From a virus (taxonomy: Duplodnaviria; Caudoviricetes): a DNA stretch of 26,450 bases. The stretch's first letter is position 1, and each line of letters opens with the position of its first letter. Shown here piece by piece: positions 25,406 through 26,450 of the stretch. The stretch is taken from IMG/VR virus record IMGVR_UViG_3300032233_001145, positions 1 to 26,450 of that record; one strand, written 5' to 3'. The notes beneath the pieces are model-generated. The model had not been told where the DNA came from and searched no databases. It saw only the letters and a list, made by a program, of their open reading frames with translations. A program made the position numbers and the translations under genes.

Positions 25406-26450
25406 ATGCCGTACAGTCGCAGTGATATATTAAATCAAAACACATCAGATTTTCCTAATAATAATTCAGGACAAATTACACCTGCAATATTAAGAGATTT
25501 TAATGCTAATTTTGTTAACTCAGTTCAATTCATAGGCGATCCTACAGATAGCGCTTCATACGCAGTATCAGCATCATTTGCTGTTTCATCTTCATACGCA
25601 GTAAATGCTAGTAATGCTAATACAGCTACATCAGCGTCTTATGCACTGAATTCAACATCAGCTTCATACGCATTAAACGCAACAACAGCTTCTTACTCAA
25701 ACACATCAACGTCTGCAAGTTATGCTTTAACAGCATCATTTGCTCTAAATGCACCAACAATTGATACAGGTAGTTTTGTAACTACATCTTCGTTCAATGC
25801 ATATACTGCATCAACAAATACGTTTACTCAGTCTATACAAACGCAAGTAAACAGTTTAGCTGCAGCTACTTCATCTTATGTGACAAATAGCCAAACTAGC
25901 AGTATGAGCGTTTTAAGCGCTTCATTTGCAGCTACAGCTTCATTTTTAACTGGTGCAGTTACATCAGCGTCATTTGCTACATCAGCGTCTTATGCTGTAA
26001 ATGCTACATCAGCATCTTTTTCTCAAACAGCAATAAGTGCATCATATGCTCCTGATACTACTTTTCCTTATACTGGGTCAGCTAGAATAACAGGATCATT
26101 AGGTGTAACGGGTAGTGTAAATGCAACCTCATTTACAGGTTCATTATTTGGAACTGCCTCTAGAGCAGATAATGCTACATCAGCATCATACGCTTTAAAC
26201 GTAACAACAGCATCTTATTCAAACACATCAACATCAGCTTCATTTTCTCAAACAGCAATATCAGCTAGTTATGCTTCACAAGCACAGAATGCAGTTAGTT
26301 CATCATTTGCTTCTGCAGCTATATCTGCTTCATTCGCATCAACAATAGCAAGTGGTTTAAATATCACTGCATCAAACATATTAGTAACAAATAACTTAAC
26401 TGTAAATGGTACAGCATCATTTGGTTATACTAAAACAGTTACAGGCTCAG
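25406..26450 (+). CDS. N-terminal part of tail fibre protein with Ser/Ala/Thr repeats; runs off the window
   Basis: MPYSRSDILNQNTSDFPNNNSGQITPAILRDFN... then many (T/S)SAS(Y/F)A units and FPYTGSARITGSLGVTGS; no stop before 26450; missing from the ORF track. Confidence 0.85.
   Translation, partial: MPYSRSDILNQNTSDFPNNNSGQITPAILRDFNANFVNSVQFIGDPTDSASYAVSASFAVSSSYAVNASNANTATSASYALNSTSASYALNATTASYSNTSTSASYALTASFALNAPTIDTGSFVTTSSFNAYTASTNTFTQSIQTQVNSLAAATSSYVTNSQTSSMSVLSASFAATASFLTGAVTSASFATSASYAVNATSASFSQTAISASYAPDTTFPYTGSARITGSLGVTGSVNATSFTGSLFGTASRADNATSASYALNVTTASYSNTSTSASFSQTAISASYASQAQNAVSSSFASAAISASFASTIASGLNITASNILVTNNLTVNGTASFGYTKTVTGS

Noticed and set aside
1-26450. Stop-codon reassignment as in some Bacteroidota phages
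   Set aside because: Genes tile densely under the standard code, and TAG/TGA appear as ordinary stops where the next gene begins.
1-26450. Integrated prophage or gene transfer agent
   Set aside because: No host genes, integrase or att-like repeat is visible. It cannot be excluded without flanking sequence but is unsupported here.

Overview
An AT-rich tailed-phage (siphovirus-like) genome segment with every credible gene on the + strand. The host is probably Bacteroidota: starts are A-rich with no Shine-Dalgarno sequences, and one promoter resembles TTTG-N20-TAnnTTTG. Both ends fall inside Ser/Ala/Thr-repeat tail-fibre coding sequence (25406..>26450 and <2..1129), so the window may be a nearly complete circularly permuted genome broken in one repetitive gene. 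A full morphogenesis set is present: TerS/TerL, portal, XkdF-type protease, scaffold, major capsid, tail tube, connectors, tape measure, tail tip, Gly-rich and LamG fibres, and a tail chaperone with a -1 frameshift. The non-structural block is only about 3 kb (ECF-like sigma factor, three C4 zinc-ribbon proteins, two GIY-YIG domains, small ORFs). I see no polymerase, helicase, primase, SSB, recombinase, integrase, repressor or endolysin. In their usual place is a ~390-bp hairpin-dense non-coding region with back-to-back TATATTTAT boxes. The leading hypothesis, which is an inference, is a virion-complete but replication- and lysis-deficient, helper-dependent phage whose exposed virion proteins are strongly enriched in [ST][GA]S motifs. 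Family assignments come from motif recognition by eye, not from database searches.
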